Positions 26,001-49,998 of a stretch of DNA of 64,000 nt are shown here, piece by piece. The DNA is from Pelomyxa schiedti (lineage: Eukaryota; Protista; Evosea), in assembly GCA_020536535.1 (NCBI GenBank), contig JAHLWZ010000676.1, positions 1 to 64,000 on the forward strand, read 5' to 3'. Every line of letters begins with the position of its first letter. The first letter of the stretch is position 1. A model generated the notes under the pieces. The model worked only from the letters and a program-made list of their open reading frames with translations. It was not told where the DNA came from and searched no databases. Made by a program: the position numbers and the translations under genes.

Positions 26001-27881
26001 AACAACACAGTCTTTTGTTTCAGAATTTGTGAGTCCTCCCGACGGTAAGTAGCTCACTTTGGATCCATCCAACCATTCGAATTTTGTTTCGTTTCTTAGG
26101 GGAAAAAGCTCGATGAGTAGTGTAGTGTACCGACAGGGGGAAACGTACTTGTAATCGTTGAGTCCAATCCAAAAAGACGTTCCAGTATAAAGGGAGCTGG
26201 TGACAAAGGTGGCTTCCTCTTGTGATCCAAAGGAAGCAAGTGTCACATCGACACCATAAGTTTGGCAGTTCTTAATAGCGGAACTGTAATCTTTACCTGA
26301 CGGAACAAGTTTGTAGCATGCAACTGGATACGATACATTCGGCCAGAAAAAGGTAAAGCCAGCAGGGCAGCTTTGAGCTTAATTGCCATGTTAACAATCG
26401 TACAAATTGTGAATTCTTACAGGAATACAACCCCCACTTCAATAATGGCGGGTTCTGTGGCTTGTATGCGGTGTTGGATGGAAAATAGTGAATGGGTGTT
26501 GAAGGGTATTTTGCTGAAGTAATTTTGAAAGAGCTTATAGCAGAAGTGTTTCTTGTTTGTAGTGATTGTCCAACTTTAACCACAGCAGTCACATTCTTGT
26601 GCAACTGAGTGAGACACAATAATGAAATCATGTTGGTACCCAAAAACACTGAGAGTCTGAGAGCACAGTAAACTGCAGACTTGTGGTGTTCAAATCTCGT
26701 TCGATTTTATTGTAAATTGGATTTTCTCCAAGACAATTGTACCACACGTCATAATAAGTTTTGGCTCCTGTGCAAAGTGACCCAGTGGGTACACTTTGCC
26801 AACTTAGTGTTACTGTTCTTGACTGTGTAGGGGTTGTAAGAAATGCGAAAAATAGAACTTGGAACAACATAGCCTATCCAGCTTGGTTCAGGGGAGATCA
26901 AGACTGGAGCTGATGGAGCCCCCAATACACAGAAACTTTGTAATGTCTCAGTGGCAGGGGCAATCCGTACCTCAGAACAGCGGAATTGAACGTAAACGAT
27001 TTTCCAGTCTGGGTCATTACATGGAATGCCAGGCACGTGATTGGGAACCTGATATGTACAGGATGTCCAGTTTTTGTTTCCACACTGTGCCTCCATGAGG
27101 CTTGTGATATCCCCACAGTACTCTGGGAAATATCGTTTTAGTGCATAGTTGGTTCCAGAGGCACTCACGAGCATCATGTTTGGCGTTGCACGCTTTATTT
27201 TTGTCCTTGAATCCAAAAGCATTTTCCACGTGAAGTATTTTACGCGAGTCCGGGCAAGTTATAGTAATCACATGCTCATGTGGTTCATGTGAGTCACAAA
27301 TTTCCCTGTCAGGATAGAATGACGTTAGCAGGTGCTAGACCGACGTAGTTGAAATTCATACGCTAGTTGAGGCAGTGGTGCTGCTCTCCAGTAGTACTGA
27401 CCAGGAAAAAACTGAATATCTAAATGCAACAAGTGTAAGAAGAAACCACAACAAACAAAACAAAAGAACTTTCTAAAAGAAAATTACTTGCAATCCTCTC
27501 ACTAGTAGTGGACGAATAGGTCCTCTTGGATCCCACAACTGAGAAACTAGAGGACGAAGTACCCCACTCAACTTGGAACTGCGAAAGCGCGCTCAGCGCC
27601 GAAGTCGACGTGTCAGGCTCACAGTACAAAGTGTATCCAGTGTACGTGACCTTGAGTTGGACCGTAACTGTCAGATTCCCAGGCCCAAGGGCGAAGCTCG
27701 GCGAGGCGCTAGATACGAGTGTGGGCCCCGGACAAGAGCTGCATTCTGTGTTACATGAGGAGGTCTGCGCCTGCACTGCTGGGATTATGGCATGGTGGGC
27801 TCCCATAATCGTGAGGAGGAGGGCCAGACCCAGGGATATGAGTGGGATTGAGGGTGAGGTGGTTACTTTGTGCGTAGGCAT
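20008..27881 (-). CDS. Large single-pass receptor: signal peptide, SUEL-type lectin, C-type lectin, FN3/Ig-like repeats, N-glycosylated hexapeptide stalk, EGF, TM helix and cytoplasmic RasGAP domain
   Basis: Signal ISLGLALLLTIMGA; C-type lectin FWIGLND...FEWLDGS...DCVV...WSTDVC; repeats ending in G-x-W-W-x-V-x-A-x-N; EGF YCAHGTC...CNCWAHWHGSTC; TM LLGLLALLAVPFIGIPFFALLAFVVV-RRRK; RasGAP VMFRSNSAATK, GAFIFLRF, KMLQNLANG; stop after KSKGEHHHHH. Confidence 0.85.
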
Positions 27882-28308
27882 TACGGCGAGAAGGTTTGGT
27901 AGCGAAGAGTGTGGTATAGAGTGGTTTTTACAAGACGGTACGACGTAAGGCAGTACGAAAGGGCGTTTGTTTTGATTTTTTCCTTGTTGTTTTTGGGTGG
28001 AACATTTTTGCATGGCGGTTTGTGAATTTCGCATTTCCGCGATGGGGTTTCGGGCAAGACGAAAATACCACCCTGCGAAAGTAGGCAGTGATAAAGCCAA
28101 AGTGTGGGTTTGTTGAAGAACCTGAGCACCCTTCCCACTTCTTACTGTCTCTAGTTGGACGGAATCTTTCCATTTGAGGATCCATCTGGAGGTCACTCGA
28201 TTGGCTTGGTGTCAGTGAGCCTGCCTCACTGGCCTCAGGGGTTCAGATAACAGGTTTTCCGTTACTTACGGGTTTTGTGTTACTTTTTCCGCGGTGAGGA
28301 GACAACCA

Positions 28309-30548
28309 ATGGCGGCTACGATCACAACGAACCAACGACTGATTGAAGAGCTCCAAGGTTTGTTCTTCCTCCCCTTTCGAGCAACGGAACGGCGACCAGT
28401 TGCACTTGTGGGTTGGTTCATGTTGGGGGTATTTGCCAACCGACGTTGGTGTGTTTCCACCACCAGGACTTGGACACTTGGAGACGAGAGCCATCGTGGA
28501 TGCAATGAGGTCAATCCCCAGAGGAAATTTTGTTCCAGAGGCAGGCAGTTCCCAGGCTTATTTCAACTCACCACTCAGGGTCCCTCCTGTGCACATCTCG
28601 TATGGTCTCTTTTTTCGTATTATTAATTAACTGTTGTTCTCGAGGTTATGGGAATTACTTTTTTTTTTTTGTATTGTTTTTTTGACTACTGTCATAGTTA
28701 TTTATTTATGGGTGTAGAAATAAACTAATGGCAGGGCACCTGGAATATATGCGTTGGTATTGGAGAGATTGGGACTTGAGAGTGGACATTCTTTTCTCAA
28801 TGTAGGAAGTGGCTCTGGTTGGTTATCTACTGTGGCTGCACTTCTTGTGGGTGTGGTATGCAACCCTCTTCTAATTTTCTTTTCCCCCCTTTCTTAGCGA
28901 ATATAGAGGGGCCTATCTCATGGAGTTGAGATTTCATACGAAACATTTCTTTTTGCCAAAGAACGGGTTAGGAATTTTGCTCACACGCATCCTGATCTTC
29001 AACTGGCCCCAATCGAATTTGTACTTGGGTCTGGCTGTAATCTGCCCGCTGATGCTTGTAAGTATGATAGGATATATGTGGGAGCAAGTTGCCGAAGAGA
29101 ACAAATTGAGTTTTTCCTCAATCTCTTGACAACCAATGAAGGAAGATTGATTGTACCTTTTATAATGCAAGTTAAGCTCTACTGACCTCCTTAGGTGCCA
29201 TCTGAGTCATCTTTACTGCTTTTTACAAAAAATGGTTCCAGGGTTACTGAAAATTCCCTTACTAGAACTGCGTTCGCTTCATTGATTGACAGTACAGTCG
29301 CTCCTGTCCCATTCAACATTTCACTGGTTCCTATTGTCTTTAAGGACTTCATATAATTTAATCAAAACTATATAGACTAGCCATCAAGCCCAGAAAGCAA
29401 TGTTCCAAAGTATAATTGGTTTGTGTGACTCATGCTTAAAACTTTCCTAACATTGAAAAGAAAAGGGAATTGATATCCCTACCCACGTGAGAAGAGCTTT
29501 CATTGTTGTTCCTCGTGGGCACTTTGTAAATGAGTCCATGCTGCCCGATGCATACCAGGATAGGCCGATCAGAGATGGCCCCCTGCACCTCTCGTAGTCC
29601 TTGATCTTTTACCACTACTCTATTTACACATGAAGGGCTCCACATCTTTATTGTCGCATATTGGACCTCTTGGAGCTGGGTCCCGGACTCTCGTTTCTAA
29701 ATATAGGGAGTGGGTCTGGGTGGCTTTCGACAGTAGTGGGATATTATACTGGTCCGGTGTGCCTGATGTTACCCGGCAATGTGGTTTCACTTTAAACAAG
29801 ATTTCTCGATCAACTGGAATCGAAGTGGAGACTGCAAATATCACATTCTCTATCCAGCGCATTAAGAGTAATTTCTTGTCACTTTGAATCTTCATAATCT
29901 CGTACAGGCTACAAAGAACTGTACGCCAATACGCCCGCCCTACCGGAAATCGACTTGAAATGTGCGAATGTATTTGACTATCCCCACTTTCAGACCTATG
30001 ACCGGGTATATGTTGGTGCGGCCTGTCCAAGACAACAAATACCTTTTTTCCAGCGGTTCCTTAATCCCAATGGAATCTTAATTGTATGGCAATTCCTCTC
30101 CATAATCCGAAATGACAATGACTCTCAAAAGCTACCATCTGAGGATTCCCTGCTAAAAATCCGGTATCAGCAAGGTTCTTTTATCGAGACCACCATTTTA
30201 AATGTGAGGTTTGCTTCCCTGAAGCCCAGTGCAAACACACCCACATCCTCACCCATAACCACAAACACTCTACCTCCGCCCATTCCCATTAAACATTCAC
30301 CTTCGCCAACAACATCAACAACACCAACCGGCACCACACCAACATCGTCAACATCGCCTGGGGCAGCCCATAATTCCCCCCACGCTGTCCAGCCCGACGA
30401 ATGTGCCGTGTGCATGGAAAACGAGCGCAACGCTGCATTTGCACCCTGTGGGCACATGGTCTGCTGCTATGATTGTGCCACAAGGATGAAGAAATGCCCA
30501 ACATGCCGAGGTACAATTGGGTCTGTTCTCAGGCTCTACAAGAGTTAG
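28309..30548 (+). CDS. Tandem protein-L-isoaspartate O-methyltransferase-like (PCMTD-type) domains fused to a C-terminal C3HC4 RING finger
   Basis: Two copies of SFLN(V/I)GSGSGWLST, each preceded by H(I/L)SAP and followed by YDR(I/V)YVGA; C-terminal [36 protein letters not shown]. Confidence 0.85.
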
Positions 30549-30690
30549 AATGCCACTGGATGGGCTATCCAGTCAAAAGAGATTGTGCATGTATCTCGTA
30601 GCGTGCTTCAGAGAACCACCCCAACCAACCGGGAACCTCCAACTTTTTTTGGAAGTCATGTTGTTACTGTAAAAAAAACTTGCTTCGGAA

Positions 30691-32340
30691 ATGTACCAAA
30701 ACAGCCAAAAGAGCCCAAACCGAAAAACAACAAGAAGACAGCGAGACAAACCGGCATCAAAGAACCAAAGAAATAAATACCTTCAAAATGGAGCTTACCA
30801 GGTAAACAGCAGGGCCAATACCACACCCACTGCAACAACAAGTACTACCACCAGTAGTAGTGCAGGTGGTGGTTCAGCAGTGCAAATGACAGACCTGGCA
30901 ATGGCACGTGGGGCTGGTGAGGAGATGCTTGCCCCCAGGTACAGAGTAGTGGGTGATGCAGGGGCAACACCCAGGGATGCAAGGGAACTGGACAGGAGGT
31001 CAAATGAAGAGAAGCTGGTGTTCAAGGTTATTTCTGTCCTTGGGTTTTTGGAAATTTCTTTTTCTTTTTCTTTGTTATTGCTGAAACTTTGGTAGATTAC
31101 CAGGAAATTGTCCTTGGATACAAAGAAGAAATATGTTGGCAAACTGTTTTCCAAGGCACTGGATATCGCGTTCTTTGTGCTGTTACTTGGACTTGGGATA
31201 TATCTCTGCTTTGTAGAACCTAGATTGAATGACGAAGAAAAGCCAGACTTGTACACTTTGTTGGGTTCCCTGTTCTTCTATGCCTTCATTATCCCGGCCA
31301 CTGTGACGTTATGGAGTGTATGTAATTCTGACAATGTTTATGCAATGTTCATGGAGGTGATGTTGAAATGCAGCTGATTATATTGGGATGGCACGCTTCT
31401 CCAAACCACAGAGTGCGGAATTTTATCAAAGTGATTATTTGTGTATTGATATCAGGGGCTGGAGCCTTGGTCTATTTCTACTATGGTGTAAGTTTTTGCA
31501 GTTTGGGCATTCTTTGAACTGATCGCTGCATAGAATCCTGAAGGAGATAGCATTGAAAAGTTGGGTTATACTTTCTTTGAGACTGGAGTTGTATTCTTGG
31601 TGAGCCGATTTTTCTTACTGAAGGAAGACGCCGAAATCGAGTTGGATGAAACAGAGAAAAAACTTAGGATAGCAGAGAAGTCCGCAGCAACAGGGCTGGC
31701 AGCAGGGTGTGTTCACAAGTTAGTTGCAATATTCTGAGCCGATTTAGATATTTCCACAACTTCCTCCAAAAAATTCATGACATACCAGCTACTGCAAAAA
31801 TTGAGGGCCAGGACTACAAAGTGCTGAACAGAAAGCTGTGGGTTGTCATTCCAAGTGACCTAACAGAAACAACTTCGACTGGGAAAATGGGTGCTGGCCG
31901 GCCATTGGTTGACATTGTACCTTGTTCCAGTACAGAATCGCGGCCAATCCGAGCTCCAGTGGCATACATAAACCGTGATACTCACGAAGTGAACGGATTG
32001 TATGACGTTCCTACAACACTTACTGCACTTGTACATCGAAATATTTTCTTGACTGAGCAAGAGACGCGGATCAAGTATATCTTGTAATAGCAAATCAATT
32101 GACTTGTTAACCTCAAAAAGGTCCTCCTCCGGGTGTTGTGGTCAGAGAGGAAAAAGCTCAGCAGTGCAGATAATTCCAGTTTCACAGGAAGTAACTATTT
32201 TCACCAATACATTGCTGGACCTGCTGGAAATGAGACCAGAACTGAATGACCTCGTTCAGATAGTCAGTGTTCCACCCACTCCCCTTGACCAAGAGCGTCT
32301 TTTGCAAGCAATTGCTGATGTGGCATCAACGTCAGAGTGA
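30691..32340 (+). CDS. STING: STING-family protein: 4 TM helices plus bacterial-like STING cyclic-dinucleotide-binding domain
   Basis: Introns 31027-31095, 31318-31373, 31488-31533, 31707-31747 and 32075-32120 (all GT-AG) keep the frame open; spliced motifs AATGLAAGYFHNFL, KLWVVIPSDL, SRPIR, LYDVPTTLTAL, EVTIFTNTLLDLL. Confidence 0.8.
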
Positions 32341-32719
32341 GTGTGGAATTATTTACATTCCCATTTTTTAACGTTCCTCATTTTTAATACTATCTGGCTT
32401 GGGTCGTGCTGCTTAAACACAGTTACGTTCTGAGTGTCCGCGATTGAGTTACCTTAATACAAAAAATTGTACAGTATTACCTTTGTCAGTTGTTTAGACA
32501 AGCTATCTGTAAATTATGCAAGCAGAAGCAAAAATAGGATTGGGTTGCCTGGCAATAAAATTGCCACGCACAAACCTCCCATAATGCCTCCCAGTTGTTG
32601 TTCGCATGTGCTTGATAACGGTGTCATCACTGGAATCAAGCACTTCCCTACCATAGCCAAAAAAAAAGCCTTTGGATAGTGATACGGAATTCGCCGAAGT
32701 CGATCTTTGCTGAACAAAC

Positions 32720-44613
<11,894 letters not shown>

Positions 44614-44857
44614 TGCCACACTTCTTTGAAAAATCTCACAGTTCCTTTCCCCAACAGCTTTTGGACCTTCTTTAACTTGTACTTTTTGTTTTGAAGTCGA
44701 TGTAATAAAAACACAAGCCTTTTTTGTCAACTGGCCAAAGCCTTTATTTTATTTACAACAAAAAAATGAAGCATGAAGTCAGAACATGTGATTTGGGTCA
44801 ATTCAGTCCCTGTTCTTGTCAAAACGCAGCAAAGTGAGTAATTGTACACTGGGTGTT

Positions 44858-46119
44858 TCAGGTGTTGTTCTCTGCTGGGAAAACACTACGGGTGTAGAGT
44901 GTGTGCTGGCACTGAAGCACAAACAATGCGTCGCTTGTGTCATAGTTGCATTCATGGAGTACAGTGAGTGCATCTTCTATGTTGAAGGGAACATGGGCCG
45001 GTGTTGAAGCACGTGCCTTATGCACATATTCATCAACTGCCAAATAAGGTCAAACAAACAAACAAAAAAAAAAAAACCCAGGAAAGGAGTAGCTATTACT
45101 TTGAGTGTCAGACAAAATATCAGACCTCCAACGGTCAATTCCAGTCAATTCACAAGAAACACCTTGAAATTGATGTCATCCCAGAGGTGTGCAAAGTGTG
45201 GTTGTAGGTGGTGTTTCCTTCTTTTTTTTTTTTGTGTGTGTGTGTGTTGTGTGTTGTGTGTGTGTGTTGTGTGTGTGTGTTGTGTGTGTTGTGTGTGTTG
45301 TGTGTGTGTTGTGTGTGTTGTGTGTGTGTTGTGTGTGTGTGTGTTCAAACCCACAAGAAACATTGAATAGTTACCTCTCGGAATCCCATACACAGCCTGC
45401 TGCATCATCTTTTCCAGAGTGAAATTAGCCGGGTACTCCTCCCTCGAGGAAAGCTTCCAATCACCGACACTCGGGACATCAGCTTGATAAGATGAACCCA
45501 CCCTGGAACTCTTCTTCGGATATGCCGTGCTCTCCTCCTCCGCCGCCGCCGTCGTAGTCCCCGTGGCCCCGCTGGCAGCCGCCGAACTAGCCACGGAGCC
45601 CGATGTGTACAAGAACCCCCCGTCGGCCCCAGGTGACGGGGACCGAGATCGCGTGGAGTTGGCATTCACGCCGCCCCCGCTGCTGCTGTTGTAGCCCGGC
45701 GAGGCGGCCCGCCTCGGGTTCGACTCGGACCCGCCGCCGTTGCCAGTGGGGGCGGCCGAGGCCGAGGAGCCCGGGGAGCTGCTGCCGTAGGCGGAGGACG
45801 ACGAGGAGGAGGGCGAGATCACTCCCGCTACGCGGCCGTATCTGGTGGTGGTCTCGGCGCGGCGCTGCGATGAGGCCGAGGCGTAGGCGTAGGAGGACGA
45901 GGAGGAAGAGGAGGCGGCGGAGCACGAGGCGAGGGCCGCGGCGACCTTGAGGGCCTCGCTGCGGGTGCCGATGCGCTGCCCCTGCGGCCCCACGTACACC
46001 TTCTCTATGCGGTCCTTGGTGGCGCTGGTGCCGCCTCGGGCGTGGCTCTCCACTGTCCAGCCTGGGGGCATCCCGTCGGTGGAATACCGCAGCACAGTGT
46101 CTCGGTCTACTTTGGGCAT
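44858..46119 (-). CDS. MBD (methyl-CpG-binding-like) plus ELM2 domain protein; 3' end approximate
   Basis: MPPGWTVESHARGG...IEKVYVGPQGQRIGTRSEALK (MBD); SRVGSSYQADVP and VDEYV...EDALTVLHECNYDTSDAL (ELM2). Confidence 0.75.
45233..45345 (+). repeat. Imperfect (TG)n microsatellite, probably intronic
   Basis: About 110 bp of TGTGTG interrupted by TT, preceded by a poly-T run. Confidence 0.95.
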
Positions 46120-46230
46120 TTTTCGGGATTCTGATGGAATGGCCCGCTGTAATGTAATTTAATTTAATTTAATTTATCTTTATCGCCAATTTGAGAAGTA
46201 GTACCAGACGATTTAGAGTGTTGAGGTAGT

Positions 46231-47360
46231 TTAGCAGGAGGAGTTGCAACCAAAGGAGGTCACTGTACCCTGAACTGTTACGGTGTTGGCAAACTCAGTG
46301 ATCGTGGAACAGCACAGGGAAGTGAGCCCGTTGAAAATGGCATTGCCCATAATCACGAGATTGGGATTGATGATTGATGTGATATTAGTCAATGCTGTCA
46401 ACCTATTTATTGCGAGGTTAGATAACTACAGGCACTTCTTTTATTTTTATTAATATGACTATGACATATATGTAACTACAAAATACTGGGTGCATTTCTT
46501 TACTAACCCGGTGAGGGATAGACCACCCCAGATGACCTCCAAGTTAGGGAAATCCAATGTAGTGAGGGAGTTCATTTTTGTGAGTTCTATCCACCCATCA
46601 GCGAATTTCAAGTTGGGGTAGCTCAGAACTGTGACTGGGGCTGCTGTCATGTATAGTTGGCCAATAACCATTTTCGGAGCAGTAAGGGATGATATTGTTG
46701 TTCCGTAACTGTAGGGATCGAAATTAAGAGTATCCGCTACGGTGATCAGCTCCGGGAAATCGATAGACTTGAGCCCTGTCCACGCAATCAATAAAGGGAA
46801 TAACATGAGGAAAAAGTGAATTAACCTATTGACCAGACAATGAGCTCATTTAACCATACCATCTTTGGGAAAGAAGCATGCAACAAGGTAGGATTGTCAT
46901 CTGTGAAACACAAAGCATTCCCAACTCCAGTAAGGGATGGGAGGGAAACCGATTCAGCTTGAACATTTGCGCCCAAGTATCTTGATTCCAAATTTACTAC
47001 ACCGTACTATAGGTTTCATTTCTACATACAGATTGTCACTCACAAATTCCAAGCCATGTAAGTATTTCTCTATCTGGTCTTGCGTGCAGCAGTCAATATT
47101 CAAAGCTCCTATGGGTGTTTTTTGGCGTAAGAGCTACTAATGTATTATTATCACTCATTTCAATATTGGCTTTTTCCTAACAAGCTTCCAACGTGACTGT
47201 AGGCACAATACCTACCATCTACAGCAGAGCAGTTGCTGATAGCCATGAGTTCATCAAGTGTCAGTATATCAATGCTTGCCCCCAATGCGCACACGTTGCA
47301 CAGCACAGGGGCACCAAACAGCAACAAAGAAAAAGCCACAAGGGAAATTGAGGAGTTCAT
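46231..47360 (-). CDS. Secreted receptor-L-domain / leucine-rich beta-solenoid protein (Ecm33-like)
   Basis: Signal peptide MNSSISLVAFSLLLFGAPVLC; LMAISNCSAVDG; repeats LKSIDFPELITV, LSYPNLKFADGWIEL, LTTLDFPNLEVIWGGL. Confidence 0.75.
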
Positions 47361-47498
47361 TTTTGTTTTCAGTTCGTTGCGGTTTGTTTCGTGTTGTGAA
47401 ATTTTTCTTTGTTGCTGATATGTTGTTGATTTAACAGCCAAATTTGACTGATCGCGTGAGTTTGTGATGACCGTAGAGTTACACAGAATCTGAAATCA

Positions 47499-49795
47499 TC
47501 AGATGAGGCTGTCGCCGACTGAAGAAAGGGTGGTGCTGTCTGTGGAGGATTCGGTGGTAAGGGATACATCGGGTTCTGTTATCTGAAGGTTGGAAGTGCT
47601 GAGGGATTGTGTTGGGCTGGAGGATGGCTCTGACCCAAAGTCAAGAAGGTCTTGTGTTTGTGTGGGTGGTGCTGAATTCCGGAATTTGGGGCTCTTTTCC
47701 GGTAGTGGTGGGGGTGTCTTTTCCGGGGCTTCAGGTGGTTGTAGCAGTGCCTGTGGTGGCGGGCGCTGCGGGGGCAGTGGTGGTTGGTGTTGAGGTTGTG
47801 GGCACATGGGCAGCGGCTTACTGGGAGCCCTGACTTGCTTGATAGTTGTTGTTGGGGTTGGAAAGGGAATAGAATTTGCTGAAGCCGACAGAGTTGTAGC
47901 AGGAGTAGAGGGAGGTGTAGTCACAGGAGTTGTTGGTGTTGTCACAGGAGATGCTGGAGGGGGTGTTGCCACAGGAGTTGTTGGCGTAGGTGTGGAACTG
48001 TAGAGAGTGGAAAGATTTTTGCTGTTATAGAAAAGATAGATGTGACAAAGAGCATACGAATAATCAGGGCACGGCAACCCAGTCCAAATAACTGAGAAAT
48101 TTGTGAGCAGATCGTCGAAAAAGTCAACTGGGCACTGAAGTGAGGGACTAAAGACGATGCTCAAGTTATGTGCACTCATCAGATTTATGTCAGCGTGTTC
48201 CACCACCTTAAACTCGTTATTCACCCAGGAATGAATTCAATCTTACTTGAGCCAAGAGTTCCATCAAGGCGTGTATCACTTTCAGGTTGTGAGGGCAAAT
48301 TGATCGTAGAGTGGCATATGTTGGAGCAAGTGGTGCAGTTATGTTTGGATTATCTATTGATTTTTAAAATGACAGGGGGAAAAAAAAAAGTATTTACAGG
48401 GGTAGTTATGCCTTTCACCAGATGAGATAAATAGTGGCTCAGGTAGTTCTCTCAACCATAATTTCAATAATCCAGTTATAACGTGTACATCACTTGCTTT
48501 TGACAAGTCTGGAACCTCACCTTGATGGGATTGGTTAACCAATCACTAGACAATGTCGAAACCTCTATTAAAAGCTGCTCTTAACTCCTTAATTTCTCTA
48601 AGGGCCCCCGATTGTCTGAAAACTCCCTCTTCTTGAAGCCCTGGTGTCGATTATTTTGTTTTCAATTAAAATTCAAAAAATGTGAAATGAATTTGAACCT
48701 CTGACTCGAATCATTGTTATGCATCGGTAAACTAACTCGGGGAGGTCAGGGCAAGACTGTGCAGACCTATATGAGAATCAACTGGCTGGGCCAAAACTTC
48801 CATAAAACCTGGAAAGTACAACAGGTAAGGGAACACCAAATACTTTTGTATTCACGATGGCTGCTTCATCTTCAACAACGATACCAGGTGGCCCTGTTGC
48901 CACTGGAGGATCAGGGTGGTCTTCCATATAATTTAGAAAGGATGTCACAAGAGAAGATACCAAACCTTTCCGCTTGGCAGGTAAGCTGTTTGCCATCTGG
49001 TGAACAGAATTAGAGGTTGCTTTCAACCCCTTTCCTATCATGTTGCCTGCTATTGCAGTTCCTCCCTTGAGAGAGTCAAAGGTCTTTTTTGCTCGGTCAC
49101 TTACATGCATGTCTGTGGTATGACGTTAAGAATATGCTCCTTCTTGCAGTTGTACCTTGGAAATTTTTCATGAAACCAAACTTATTTGACTGAGCAGGGA
49201 TATCCGCTTCATTATGCTCCTGTTGCAATAATGGTTGCTGAGTGGGTGACTGAGAGGTGGGTTGGGGAGGTGCATGCTGGGGGTGGTGTGGGAGTGGGGG
49301 TTGGGGCTGAGCCTGTGGAGATTGTGGTGGAGGTGGTAGTTGCATTTGTGCAGATGTTGGTGAAGAATTGGAATTAGGTATGGGAAGTGGTTGTTGATGA
49401 AGAGATATAGGTTGTGTCGTTGGTTGCTCTTCATTTTCCAGGCTTTGCTGTTGCTGCTGCACCAACAGCAAGTACTGCTGATGCAACGAGTGCTGGTGTT
49501 GTTGTATGATAGAATTAATATCCACAGTAACGCCGGCAGCTTTTCTTCTCTGAATGTCTTTGCAAAGTTCCTTGTGCTCAGGCCAATGCTTCAATTGGCA
49601 ATTCTTCAAACACAAAAATTGAGCTCCAAAACCCAGGTGAGAAGGAAACGAGCCCCCATAAAGGAAAAAAAAAAAAAAGGAAAAGAAGCGAAAACTCACT
49701 CGCGAGCAGTAAAACGCACATAGGCACCCCGTGCACACTTGGACCTCCACCTGATGTCCGCACCCGCTGCAGTACAGAGGACGCGAGATGTCCAT
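47499..49795 (-). CDS. MYND zinc finger plus RhoGAP domain protein
   Basis: CSGC...CTGCLCAFYCSR/CQLKHWPEHKELC (MYND); VFGVPL, EEGVFRQSG, DVHVITGLLKLWLRELPEPL, NLMSAHNLSIVFSPSL (RhoGAP). Confidence 0.9.
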
Positions 49796-49998
49796 GTGGC
49801 GTCACTTATCCTCTAGAACGTGGTTTTTTTTAAAATGATTTCCGGCAGACAATCCATCAGACCTGTCAATCTGTCAGGGAACTCACTGAAGTTTTTCCTT
49901 CTTAATTTTAACAAACCCAAACAAAAAAACCTGTCCCACAATCCCACACACGGACCCGTACGGCGGACTACCAGAATGCCAAGAAGGGTTATCTTTCG

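Noticed and set aside
45020-45422. Cys/Val-rich and His/Thr-rich ORFs resembling metal-binding proteins
   Set aside because: They are translations of the TG microsatellite
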